Shown piece by piece: positions 19,862-35,771 of a stretch of DNA of 64,000 nt. The stretch is from Paragordius varius. Taxonomy: Eukaryota > Animalia > Nematomorpha. The notes beneath the pieces were generated by a model. It did no database searches, was not told the DNA's origin, and saw only the letters and a list, made by a program, of their open reading frames with translations. The stretch spans positions 8,866,001 to 8,930,000 of the forward strand of contig OZ176056.1 of the NCBI GenBank assembly GCA_964247055.1, in the 5' to 3' direction. Made by a program: the position numbers and the translations under genes. How positions within the stretch are numbered: position 1 is the first letter of the stretch; each line of letters opens with the position of its first letter.

Positions 19862-21148
19862 CTGTAAAATAATAACATTCAATAAAATTAGGGTAAGGTT
19901 ATTTGAAAATGATTGATAAAACATAATTGAATTTTATAACACTAGACTACAAATTTTAACTTTTTTTAACTGCCATTTTTGTAAATTTAAAATTTATTTT
20001 ATTAAAGTACATAATTAGTATATCTGAAAAGAAAATTGGTCTAGCATGGAAGAATTTTTTTATATTAGAGTATATCGATAATTTTTGGCCCCGATTTAAC
20101 ATTAAACTCGAAATTTCGAAAATTTAAAGTTTTAGATATGAAGCCAAGTATTTTATATCATTCGAAAGAGCGCAAAAAACTGCATCTTTTAAATGGTAGT
20201 AAGTCATTCATTTTAATCAATCGGATGTAAAAGATATTTGGATTTAAATGGTCGAAATTTTCAATCCTTAAATAAGTCAAGAATTTTCAAAAACAACTAA
20301 TTTGAAAATCATATAAATTATTTTAATATAATTATTAGGGTTATATTAGTATTTAATTTAAAAAAATGTTTGAAAAGACTTTTGGCTTGCTTTTTAAATA
20401 AAAATTATTATTATCATAAATATTTCACCTAATGGATACTAAAATGCATAGTTATAACTGTAAATCTATTATATAATGGCTATAAAAGATCAAAAATACC
20501 TTAAACTTTGTTTTTGTCTTTAAAATTTCGAAATTATCAGCATTATAAAGAAAATAAATTAATATTGATGTGGTAGTTTTTAAAAAACTAAAAACTTAAA
20601 AATGGCTGTTTTGAGTGACATAAAAGCAATAAAAAAATGTTTTAATCAAAAAAACTTTCTTGTGTTATCTTTTTTGGACATTCATCACCATCTAAACAAA
20701 GTTTGAGCTATTTCCATCCATTAGTTTTAAAATTATAATAATTAAAAAAAATGGCTTCGCGCGTTTGTCGCTCTTTGTGTCCAATATTAACTGTCGATAG
20801 AATAAATATTAGTATACATTTTATAGAGTTTTTAATACTCTTTCGAATGATATATTACAAATGGGCATTACTTGTATATTTTCAAAGAAAAACATTTTTT
20901 AGTAAAATTTTGATAAAGAGGGCGCATAATCAAATAAATCAAATAATACAAAATTCTTCCAACGAGTTTTAATTTTTATTTCAGATTTACTGTTAAAATG
21001 ATACTAAATATCAGAAAATTCAAAAAACTCGAGTGGCAGAAAAATTTGTTGTCTAGTGTAATCTTTTAAATTTATCAATAATTATTATGCTCATTTTTAC
21101 TGTATTAAAAATATTTATCTATAAATTAATTAGGAAAATTTATGATAG

Positions 21149-24040
<2,892 letters not shown>

Positions 24041-24570
24041 TTCAATTGATTTTTATAAATTATGTGGTTGTATAAATATATTTTTGCTTACAATTATTTT
24101 GTAAACTAATAAAAAAAATTCTAAAATAGGTATTATAGATTAAGTTTTTTTTTCCGAGGTAATTTTTTAAAGCAGGCATAAAGGGTATAATGTAATACGG
24201 TAAAGGCATAAATTATACGGACAAAAGGTAAAACATAAAGACAAATACTTTTTATTCGAAAAAACCATTGTACTTTTTTAAACTTTAATCTTTTTCATAA
24301 ATAATATCAGAACCATAAAAACTCTGTATTATATATATATGAACCAAAATTTTATATAAAAAAGTAAAAAAATAAAAATAAGGCTTCAGATTTATTAACA
24401 CACGTATTTTCGTTGTTTAAAGTGTACTACTATATTAAAATGTGGTTATTGTAATATAGTCAGTCCACTAATATAATTGTTTAAAATTTTGGATAAAAAG
24501 TATAAAATTTTAATAAGAGGAGATCTTTGAATCCTGAGAAGGCGTGAGTAGTATATACATATTTTCATAT

Positions 24571-27500
24571 CTATCCATATTTCATTTGAACTTTTTGTCG
24601 AATTAACACGGATTTGATAAACTTTTTCCAAAGCATTAAAGCTTTCTTAGATATTTTCTAAACTCAGAAGAAAAAAATAAAATTAAATATTTTATTAAAT
24701 GTTAAAAAATTTATAAATATTATATTTTACAATTAAAGACAAACCTCTTTTTCAGAATTCTCAGCAGCTATTTGGTATCTGTCATATTCATCCAATAACC
24801 TTTATTTATATACAGTAAGTAAAAATTGAAATTATACGGACAAAGCGTAAAATTATAAAGACAAATAATTATCTTTAAAAGACAACCCCCTGTACTTTTT
24901 TTAACCTTATTTTTTTTATAAACTAATTAATTACACATTTGTAAAATATATGATTGATTGTGTTTCATATCTGGCAATTTAAAACAATAAGTCATGTGTA
25001 ATAAAACAAATCTAAAAAAGTTTTGAAAAACAATGTGGTTTAAATAAAGTTTCGGATAAAAAAAGCAACTAATAATGTTAAAACTCAAACAATTACTTAA
25101 AAACTACATAGACTATGTAAGAAATATTGAAACTTGTATAAAAAATTATTTGGCTTTATTAACAAAGAAACGGTATCTTAATTTTTGGTTGATATCTCTC
25201 TCTAAAAAAGTCTTTGGATTTAAAAAATATAGTTTTTTTTTCAAAAAAAAATCATATAGTTTTAGGAAGCAAAATGTGTTTTTTAACTTTTGCAAAATAA
25301 GTTTGAAAAATTTATGGCAAAAAATCTGGAAAAACTGTTTTTAATCTTTTTCGAGAATGACCCATCCATCTATGATGGGGAAAGCGTGACCCCCACTAAA
25401 TTTTTGATAGGACTAGGTCGCATCGCAGTTCTTAGAAGTAAGTTAAAACTTTAAATATAACGTTGAAACTTATTTTTCAAAACTTAATAGCTAGAAAATC
25501 TGAAAACAACCATCAATCTAAACATATATCAATTTCATTCAATTAAGTGAAAAAAAGCAAAATTCGGCAAAAAAAACGCAAACCGTAAACTACCTTTCTT
25601 GATCTTGTTCGAGAATGACCCATCCATCTATGATGAGAAAAGCGATACCTTCGCTAAATTATTGATAAGACTAGGACTCAGTTCTTTATACTAAGTTTAA
25701 ACTTTAAATATCACGTTTTACACTTATTTTTCAAAATTTTATAGCTAAAAAATTTGAAAAAAAGCTGCAAAGACCGTTGTATTACAGAACTACCCTACCT
25801 ATCAATCTATCAACATTTAAAATTTTCAATTTGTTTGCATTCAATTAAGTGAAAAAAAGCAAAATCCTGAAAAAAAACGCAAACCACCACCTTTCTTGAT
25901 CCTGTTCGAGAATGACACATCCATCTATGATGGGGAAAGCGTGACCCCCACCAAATTTTTGATAAGACTAGGTCTCAGTTCTTTATAGGAAGTTAAAACC
26001 TTAAATATCACGTTTTAACTTATTTTTTAACATTTAATGGCTAAAAAATCTGAAAACAACCATCAATCTATCAACATTTAAAATTTTCAATTTGTTTAAG
26101 CGCAAAAAAATCCTGAAAAAAACGCAAATCACACACCTTTCTTGATCTTGTTCGAGAATGACCCATCCATCTATGATGGGGAAAGCGTGACCCCCGTATA
26201 GTAAGTTTAACACTTATTAAAACTTAATAGCTAAAAAATCTGAAAAAAAGCTGCAAAGACCGTATGTTACAAAGCTACTCAACTACCAATCAATCTATCA
26301 ACATCTAAAACATATATCAATTTCATTCAATTAAACGCAAAAATAAAATCCTGAAAAAAAACGCAAACACTAAACCTTTCTTGATCTTGTTCGAGAATGA
26401 CCCATCCATCTATGATGGGGAAAGCGTGACCCCCGCTAAATTCCCAACCTCTCATGGCGGGAACGCATTGTAATCCGCCACCTCCGCCGTTTGGACCTAA
26501 TCTTTGTGCAACTCGGTTTAAGCCCGGAAGACCGGACAAATAAACACAACCCAGGGGGAGCATTGACATTTTAAAGAGTTCCACGTTTCCGTACGTATTA
26601 ACTGGGATTTTTCCCTGTATCATAACATTCAATGATTAAGGTTTGAAAATGATTGATATAACATAACGGATAACAACAATACAATAAAATATAATTGGTG
26701 AATTTGTAAATAGACCACGTATTAACTGGAATTTTTCCCTGTATAATAACATTGAATGATTAAGGTTTGAAAATGATTGATAAAACATAACGGATAACAA
26801 CAATACAATAAAATATAATTGGTGAATTTGTAAATAGACCACGTATTAACTGGAATTTTTCCCTGTATAAATTATAAGTGTAATAAAAATTATAAAATTT
26901 TTTAAAAAAACTAAGGGTAAGGTTTTTTGAAGATGATTGATATATAACGGAATTTAACAAAACAGTAAAATAATTGGTAAATTTTTAAATAGACACATTA
27001 AAATTGTGTGATAAAACTGTAAACTTTTGATGTCACATTAATTTATGTTGTAATTAGACATAATATGGTTAAAAATACAGTAAAAATTAGTAAAAACACC
27101 TCACAAAAGAGTATAGCAAAATAAAATTAATAAAAGTAATTCACTTGATTAGATATTTTAATTAATTTTGCATTCAAAAACTAAATAATAAAAAATTAAA
27201 TTTTTTATTAAATAAAAATCAAAAAAAAATTTACATCCACTACAGGGGGCGGTATGTATGGTTCTGTTTGCCATATGCCAAATAACTCCTCTTTACTCCG
27301 ATTTTCATTGACCACATTCAATGCATTTGAATCTTTGAGAATTAAAAAATTTTAAGAATTTAAAATATAAACTTTTTTAATAAACCAGATGCTAAATATC
27401 GGCATCTGAGCCTTTTTTTACAAAAAATATTTTATTTTTTCTTATAATAAGTAAATCGATATAAAAAAAATTAAATTTAAAGATACCATTTTGTTAAAAT

Positions 27501-30500
27501 CTTGTTAAGGCTTAAAAATACATTAGACTATAAGTTTATGGGAATATATATAACACAATTTTTTATTAGTTATCTCTATAAAACTACAATCTTATTTAAA
27601 AAGCTGAAAAAAGCCTTCATAACCACTATTACATAAACTAAATAGATCATTGAAACAAAATTAACAATCCAAAACTCCTCTATAAGAAACACAAAAAATT
27701 TACAGACAAAATTAACAAAATATATTTGAAATATCTATAAAATTATATAATTTTACCACAATTAGTTTCAGATGCATTGTTGAGTATTGATGCCTTATTT
27801 TCAATATCATCTCCAATGTTGTCTGTATTGTATCGTTGTAAACCTTTTAGTTTAAGTCGACGTCTTAACATGAGTTCTTTGAAACTTGGTCGTTTAATAA
27901 CGAGTTTATACCCGATTTCACCCGTTTTTATAAGTCTGGCATCTTCTTTCAACCAATTCAACCGTGGTTTAAGGACATGTAAATGATCTTTGCGCAAATA
28001 TATGGGTTCACCTTTTGAAAATATTTTGTAATATACCAACCATATTTACAGTTTAAATTCAAATTCACCCTCCTTGAACAATTCAAATTTACCCTTGAAC
28101 AATTCAAATTCCCCCTCGACTAATTCAAATTCACCCTTAAACAGTTCAAATATACCCTTCTTGAACAATTCAAATTCACCCTCGACTAATTCAAATTCAC
28201 CCTTAAACAGTTCAAATATACCCTTGAAAATAATTTATGTGTTTTTCTACGATTAAAAATCCCTATACTTTATAATATTTTCAAATGAAATTTTGTTTAA
28301 CATTAATATATTGTGGAAAAAATAATAAACTATGCCGTAAACATATATTTCATATTAATGATGATTTTTATTTAGCTCGAAAACACATTTTATTTTTAGG
28401 GTAAATTTGAATTGTAAATGGTATATATATAATAAAAAAAGTAAGGTAAAAACAATTAATTTGTATAGAACTACATTAAAAATGGATATTTAAGAATTTA
28501 AAAATTTAAATTATATAACTATTGTTTGTTCATAATATAAAGATTATTTCTGTGTTTCAAATCCATAGTTTTTAAAGTATGGGGTCAAAATATGGTAAAA
28601 ATTAAAATTATACAGCCAAAACGTAAATCTAAAAGGCAAATATTTTTTAAAGGAAACCTTGGTTTTATTTCAAATTAAATATTTACCACAATCGCAATTA
28701 TAAATTCAATTTCTTGTGTATTAATAAATTATAACTTAATTTTGTATATTGAAACCCTACTATAAGGAGTTTTATTGAAAAAAAACATATCAAAGTTAAA
28801 AAAATATGATTGTCTTTCTTTAGTTTAAACTAATTTATCTATTCAAACTGTAAATAGTCTAAAACAATATTAAATTAGTAATTTTACCTTTAACAAAACC
28901 CACAGGTTTTGCATCGGGCGGGTAAATAGCTTGATTTCTTAACAAATGCCTTTTCAAAACATACAAGGGATGATCTTTAAAAGCATTGATTGTGTTGGGC
29001 ATAGGTCTTTTTTCCAATGTATCTAAAGTGCATAATAAAGCAAATCGTTGTTTAAAACTTTTTGTTAAAAAATATTTTAATATTTATACTTTAAAAACAA
29101 AAAATAGAGTTTCTTTTTAAAAATGATATAAAAAACTAATTTTACATTTAAATTTATAATGCCTCGGCCAATGTAATAATATCTTATGTTTGACCATTTA
29201 TAGTTTTATCATAAAAGCTAAAATATCATAAAACACATAATAATAAACAAAAAATGTTTTAACAAAATTTCCATAAAGTTTTAAAATATAAAAAATACTG
29301 TATCGTAATTTATATAAATATACAACCTAAAATTTCTTGTTGAACATTTTTCTTGATTTTCAACAATTCATGCTTAGGTTTCAAGAGTGGATTTACGCAA
29401 TTTTTAACTTTAGTTTTAGTTTTTTTATTATTGGAGTGGTGTTGTTTCAAATTTAGCAAGGTTTTGGCTTTATTGAGTTTCATTAAAGTAGCATCCCACC
29501 AGGGTCCTTCATCGCTTCTCTGAGAAATTCTGAGTTTTCGACCATTAAAATGCCAATCTGAACTATATTTTTGGGTTAAATCAATCAGAATTCCTGTATC
29601 GTCAATGCCTAATCAAAATTTTAGAAATAATTTCTAATTTATATTTGCCAACATTATTTTTATAATCCATTAAAAATTAACTTTTTTTTATTTTATATCT
29701 ACACTTTTGAAATCATATTGGATATATCAAGAATTAATATACTCATATGAGCATTTAAAATGAAAAATTTTATATAAATTTTTTACCATATATCATTACT
29801 ATTCATTTTCCAGGCCAAAAAATGAAAAAAAATATAATAAAAATAAGTTTAAAAATATTTAAAAACTAAAAAAACCACAAAAATACTTTAAAAAGCATAT
29901 TATAATTAACCTACAACATAAGCTAAAGGTTTATTTATGGATAGAGAAGCAATGGCATTTTCAGGACTGCCAGAATTTGAATTTTCTGGTAAATTTGACA
30001 AAATATTTTCCATATTTCCCATTTCATTCTCATTTGCAATTGAATTATTTAGAGAATTTTTGTTGAGTGTTTTATCAACAAAATATTTTGATGTTCTTGA
30101 TATTGAATTACGTTTTTTATCATTAATACTATTATTATTAGTTTTTAAGTTAAAATCTAAATCCAACATATCAAAATTATCAAAATCAAGATTTAGCATA
30201 TCATTTTTTGCATTTTCAATATCAACTTTCCCATTTAAATTACTATTGACATTTTGATTTCGAGTAACTTTTATGTTTGATTTTTTTGTAGAGGTTTTAG
30301 GTTGTTCTTTTACAACAGGGGTTGACCTATCTTTGAATAAAATTTTAATATTCACCTTAATTTCTATAAATTTAAGTCATCCGAAAATTTATACAAAAAT
30401 AGCCAAAAAATTATATTTACTTATAAAAATTAAAATAATAAAAATTAAAAAAATTAAAAAAAAAATTTGTAAAAATCATAAATGTCCAATGTTTATAAAA

Positions 30501-33500
30501 AATCTTACTTGGCAGGAACTAAGTTTAATGTTTTCCAATATGAGGTAGCATGCTCATTCTTGGTATTCAATTCTATTTCAGAATTTTTGCGTTTTCGTTT
30601 TTTTAAATTTGAATTCTCTTGTTGAATATTTTTACCGTTTTTATCATTAATATAAACTTCAATCCAATAATGTATATTGGGTGATATAACAGCTGTATTG
30701 GAATTACAATAAAATTATTATACGGACAAAACGTAAGAATCTAAAAGACAAATATATTGTTTTTCAAAAGACATCCATACATTTTTAAACCTCAAATTTT
30801 CCCTATTAAAATCATTTAATTATAACGAAAAATATATAATAATTAATTAAATTACCAATATACATTTCTATTTCGGGCTTAAATTACAATTTAGGTCAAT
30901 GAGTTTTATTATAAAAAATCAAGATATTATGTGATTGTCTTTAAGAAAAAAAATTTTTTTTTATATTTTTATTTTTTGTCCGTATACTTTTAATTTTTAC
31001 TGTACTTATCAGATTTTACTTAAACCAAATTTTCATTTAATATATACCAATTCAAATTAACCTTTGAACATTTCAAATTCACCAATTATATGTGTTTTCG
31101 GACTAATATAATTCATCAGTATTAATATGAAATATATATTTATGGCATAGTGAATTATTTTAAGTATTATTTTATTTTTGAACGAAATCGTATTTTTAGA
31201 AATATGGAAAAATATAGGTATAATTTTTAATCTTAAAAACCACACATAATTTATTTTAGAGTAAATTTGAATTTTTCAAGAATAATGAAGTTTAAATGGT
31301 ATATAATATTTAAAACCAAAAAACCAAAAAATGCAATCTTTAAAACATTAAAATAAATCAATCAACCTATTGTACCTTTATTATCCATTTTATTTTCGCT
31401 GTAAAAACTTTGTTGAATTTTAAGGGGCGTGGGTTGAATATTACAAATTAGACGTGTAGGTATACCAAAACAGCGTAAAACTATCCCAGCTAATACATTT
31501 ATATACCCACTGGCATTAAATGTTAAGGAGGGTGCAGTTTTATTCTCAGCAGTTAAATTTAGAGTATTCTGAGGTTTTTTGACAGATGAATTTTCATTAT
31601 TTTTAGTTAAAATTTTAGAATTTCTGACATTTTCATGATTCCAATCAGGATCCTTTTTTATATTAGTACTTTGCATTTTTTTAGATTTTGCATTGTTTAA
31701 AGATGATTTTGGAATATTTTTAGCGGTTTTAAGTGTTTTAAATTTGCGCAGTTTATTGTATTGTTGAAAGCAATTTTCAATATTTGAATTATAAAGTTTC
31801 AAAAATAATTGGTCAGGATTACATTTACCATACAATGTTATAGTAAATAAGGATATTATTGAACGAAAATTTTGATTGCAATTTTGAATTTCATTTTTGT
31901 TACAAGTCCAATTAACAGCGCCTGTAGAACTAAAGGTCTCCTATAAAATAGAAACAAAAATTTTATTAATTTTTAAATAGTTATAAATAAACTAATTTTT
32001 CAATAAAAATTGAAATTATACGGATAAAATGTAACCCCATACTTTTTAAATCTTGATTTTTTTTTAAATAAAACTCCAAAGTATAGAATAGAAATGTATA
32101 TTATAGGTAATACAATCAATTACATATTTTACGATTGTTATTAAGTATTTTTAATGGTATAAATTAGGGTTTAAAAAAGTATGGTTGTCTTTTGGAAAAA
32201 ATATTTGTCTTTATATTTTTACATTTTGTCCGTAAAATTTTAATTTTTACTGTAAAATAAGGTATATGTTAATTTGTGAACAAAAAAATTATATCCAATT
32301 TTAATTTTTTCAAATATGAAACTCTAAAAAATTCAAATTAATTAAAAAAACAAAAAAAGTGGTTATTAAAAATACTCTCTAAATTTACAATGTTCATGTT
32401 TTTTATTTTTTCAAAAATAAAGCATATTAAAAAGGTTTTCAATGTCAAACCCAAATTCCAGAACCTAAATCTATATAAAAAATAATCTATTAAACTAAAA
32501 TTATACGGACAAAATGTATAAATATGCCATTTATAGTTCAAATTCACCCTTAAACAATTCAAATTCACCCTCGAACAATTCAAATTCACCCTTGAACAAT
32601 TCATTTTCACCCTAAAAAAAATTATGTGTTTTCAAACTAATATGACTCATATTAATATGAAATATATCTTTATGATTTATTTTTTTAATATTATTTTGAA
32701 TTATTTAAGGGTGAATTTGAATTATTTAAGGGTGAATTTGAAGTATAAATGGTATATAAGGTAAATTTTTTAATCAAAAAACAACGCCATACTTTTTTAA
32801 ACCTTAATTTATCCTAAAAAATCGCTATATTACGATTGGTAAATATTTGATATTGATTAAGTAACAAATTTACATTAAATATCGCTATATTACGATTAGT
32901 AAAAATTTAATATTTGAGAACTAATTTATATATCTATTTTACGCTTTGCTATGTAAAAACAATGAGTTTTTAACAATTATGGGTGGTTTTGTCTTTTAAA
33001 ACAAAAAAACTGTAAAACTTTTAAGTTTTTCCATCCGTATAATTTCACTTTTTACTGTAAAACAAAAATCAAACCTTAATCCATTTTATAATGGCGGGGA
33101 TATCATAAGTGCAGGAATTTCCAACTTTCCTCATAAACCAAAAACCATGCAATTCATTACGTTTTAGCGTTTTTGTGGAAATTTTTTTGTTTTTTAAACT
33201 TGCTTTTGACTTTTCAAGACCATTAAAATGAGTTTTTTGTGTTTTACGACGTTTTCTAGGGGGCGTATTCATATCTAAAATGGGGCAATTATTTTAATGT
33301 TATTAATAAAAAACATTTAAATATAAATGTATAATCATTTTGTATAAGTCGGAAATTTAATAAAAATAAAAATATGTTTAATTTTTAGCAGAATTTTAAA
33401 ACTTAAAAATTTAATTTTTAGCAAAATAAAATTGATATAATTACTATTTTTACCATTTTTTGATGCATCTCGATTATTTTCCGATTTCAAAGCAACATTA

Positions 33501-34211
33501 GAAGAAAGAATATTTAGTATGAGATTTTGAAGATTGATATTCATGAGTATATTTGTGTTCACATATTGAATATGAGCCAGTATAGTCAATAAATGTACCT
33601 AATAAATAAAAATGATTAAAAAAAAATTAGTAAAAAAAATTATAAAAACGCAAAAACTTAAAGACAAATTTTTACATAAAGAGACATATGTTTTACCTAT
33701 TTGTTCTTGAAAACTCAAAATGATAAGTTACAAAAATAAATGTGGTTAATTAATTAAGTTTATTGTTTGGTTTTTGTAATATTGTTATGATGTTTAATTT
33801 ATAATACTTGGTGTATTTTCTCTAAAACATACAATTTTCTTTGTTGGGCAACTTTTTCTTTGAGTTTTTTAATTAACAATTTTTTGTTTTCTTCATTCAT
33901 TAAACCCCTATTTTTAAGATAATTGGAAATACTTTGATAAATCGGTCAGAGCTTGACTATTTAAATTTATCTCCAAAACATCATTAGAAGACGATTGAAT
34001 TGTAGATTCTTCTTCTTTAATTATAGTTGTTTGATTTTTTATGTTTTCAATAATCTGCGCGTCAACTAAATCATGAGAAGGTTGAATATTAGAATCATCC
34101 ACGTCTTCCCAATCACTTTCTTCATCGTCGGATTCAGACTTAAAAATAAAATTTTATTACTACTTTCAAAGGCTTTGTTTCTATTTTTGGAGTTTTAAAA
34201 CGCGTTTTCAT
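24571..34211 (-). CDS. XPC: DNA damage recognition factor XPC/Rad4, 15 exons, ~1004 aa
   Basis: Exons 34211-34164, 34138-33933, 33907-33808, 33598-33454, 33274-33075, 31940-31376, 30692-30509, 30326-29911, 29608-29327, 29022-28888, 28011-27757, 27332-27235, 26614-26376, 24799-24745, 24657-24571 (3015 nt, phases match). Motifs in XPC order: EESDWEDV, HQVHLLTILA, TRLICNIQPTPLK, HYWIEVY, LAYVVGIDD, DHPLYVLKRHLL, ELFGIWQTEPYIPP, GKIPVNTYGNVELF, GWEFSGGHAFPIIDGWVI, ALMLWKKFIKSVLIR. Confidence 0.93.
25336..26375 (-). repeat. Tandem array B of the same XPC exon-end units (4 cores)
   Basis: Cores: 26196-26137 (acceptor deleted), 25950-25891 (acceptor GG), 25653-25594 (intact AG/GT) and 25395-25341 (AG, ends in TAA). 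Spacing is 239, 246 and 297 nt. Confidence 0.9.
26592..26865 (-). repeat. 124-bp tandem triplication of the XPC exon 13 acceptor
   Basis: TACAG|GGAAAAAT(T/C)CCAGTTAATACG occurs with exon-side starts at 26862, 26738 and 26614. The intervening sequence is near-identical. Confidence 0.9.
30707..31002. mobile_element. MITE family 1 copy in an XPC intron
   Basis: TA|CAATAAAATTATTATACGGACAAAACG...GTCCGTATACTTTTAATTTTTACTG|TA. Confidence 0.85.
32490..33058. mobile_element. MITE family 1 copy interrupted by a nested family 2 element (32522-32757)
   Basis: The left arm AATTATACGGACAAAATGTATAAATA is broken at a TA by a complete family 2 element. The family 1 sequence then resumes and ends ...CCGTATAATTTCACTTTTTACTGTA. 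Confidence 0.75.
33908..33932 (-). other. 25-nt intron (XPC intron 2)
   Basis: GTATTTCCAATTATCTTAAAAATAG supplies the phase-2 join needed to reach the conserved HQVHLL motif. Confidence 0.85.
34139..34163 (-). other. 25-nt intron (XPC intron 1)
   Basis: GTAGTAATAAAATTTTATTTTTAAG joins MKTRFKTPKIETKPLK to SESDDEESDWEDV in frame. Confidence 0.75.
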
Positions 34212-34220
34212 TTTAAAATT

Positions 34221-34507
34221 AAATACCGTCCAACTGCCAAACGTTATATCGTTGTTTCTAAATAATTGAAATAACTTAAAATTGTGTTTAAAAGCCACCA
34301 AGGGTTTTTCATAAAATTTTTAGAACTATTTGAAATATCTGAATAGATCATACGTCTACGAAAGGGAATTTTAATTGTTATTTTTTTAAAATATATAGTA
34401 CCCAATAGACAGCGCTTAAAATTGGGAATAAAATATATGATAAAATTAGGATACCACACATCCATTTCAAACATTCGATTTCTAATGGGGTGCGACAGGG
34501 ATGTGTA
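34221..34507 (+). mobile_element. Decayed non-LTR reverse transcriptase fragment (RTE-like)
   Basis: One frame with stops gives KYRP...HQGFF...LIVIFLKY...KLG. After a frameshift it reads SNGVRQGCV (34481-34507), matching the RT GVRQG motif. Confidence 0.55.
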
Positions 34508-34601
34508 AATTTAAGCATAAAAATATGGAATTAATTGAAATCATGGATTGTACTTATATAACAAAAACCGGGTATTCGGGGTGTCTAAAAATATCCTGAT
34601 G

Positions 34602-34634
<33 letters not shown>

Positions 34635-35583
34635 CAAAAATTTAGTTAAGTAAAAGCATTGGGATTATATTGCTTTTGACTTTGGTTTTAACAAATTAAT
34701 TTTATTTTTTGGTAACTGCTTCATATCAGAAAAGGGAAATTTTTTAAAAAAAAAATTGGTGAAAGGTACATGCTTCCTCTAAAAATATCACCAAAATATA
34801 GTTTTAACTACATTTATGCGACAATATTTCCAAAAAAGTAATTTTAGATTTGCTCCAAAAGTCCATAAATTCGCTATTAGTATGGGCGTAAATTTTCCGT
34901 ATTTTCGCGATATTAATTATAAATATGTGCCAAATTTTGATATTAACTAAAAAGATTTTTTAAAAAAGAATATTTAAAATTTTTTTTTTAATTTTGTTGT
35001 TGCGTACTTTGTTTTGAGGCATGATGGAAAAGGTATAAAAACGCTTTATATAAAAACTTTTTTTCTATAAAATTCATTGCTGCTAAATATTTCTATCGCT
35101 TTATAATTTAATCTTAAGGTTAGTTTGCTGTCAAATTTTGGTTAATATTTTTTAAAAAAATAATTTATTGACATCAATTTAAATGAACTTTTAGATCTTA
35201 ATTCCGATGTGATACAAATGTTCAGCATTACCAAATTTTATATATAAAGGGTGGGATAATAAAAAAAAAGTTTTTGACTTGACTTGCAAGTTTTTCATGT
35301 CATGGCTTGCGTTTATATTTATTATTGCTTTAATAATAGGTTATTATCCCTAATACGTTATTTGTGATATATCATTTTTGGTGATTGTTTTTACAGTTAT
35401 TAAGTGTTGGGATTATTGTAAATCTAGATTATCTTTTGGGAATTAAGCATTGTAATAATTGAAACAGTTTGTTTTCCAATAACTTTCTGTCTGATCGAAA
35501 AAATATTTATATAAATGTTTAAATCTAACGTCACTATTATAAATGATGAAAACAATCCGGAAATGATACTACTAGGCAGCCTA

Positions 35584-35771
35584 ATACGGCAAAAACTATC
35601 CTTTTTGGCCACATTATTAGATCTAATTCACTTGAAATTTCACTGATGCTGGCAAAAGTGAGTGGAGCTCATAAGAGAAAGAAAATGGATAACATTCTTA
35701 AAGAAACCAACCAATCATTATCCGAACTAAACGCCAGATCTTGTATTCACAATGAATGGAGAAGTTATATT
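35584..35771 (+). mobile_element. 3' end of an RTE/BovB-like LINE ORF, decayed
   Basis: IRQKLSF/FGHIIRSNSLEISLMLAKVSG...MDNILKETNQSLSELNARSCIHNEWRSYI (one frameshift) resembles the RTE C-terminal pattern KLxYFGHxxR..SLEKxxMLGKxEG...W.D.I.....SL..L.....R..WR. Confidence 0.72.

Noticed and set aside
25075-25344. 89-aa ORF inside the XPC intron
   Set aside because: The homologous block A sequence (~18170-18430) has a stop in this frame, and the composition is simply AT-rich.
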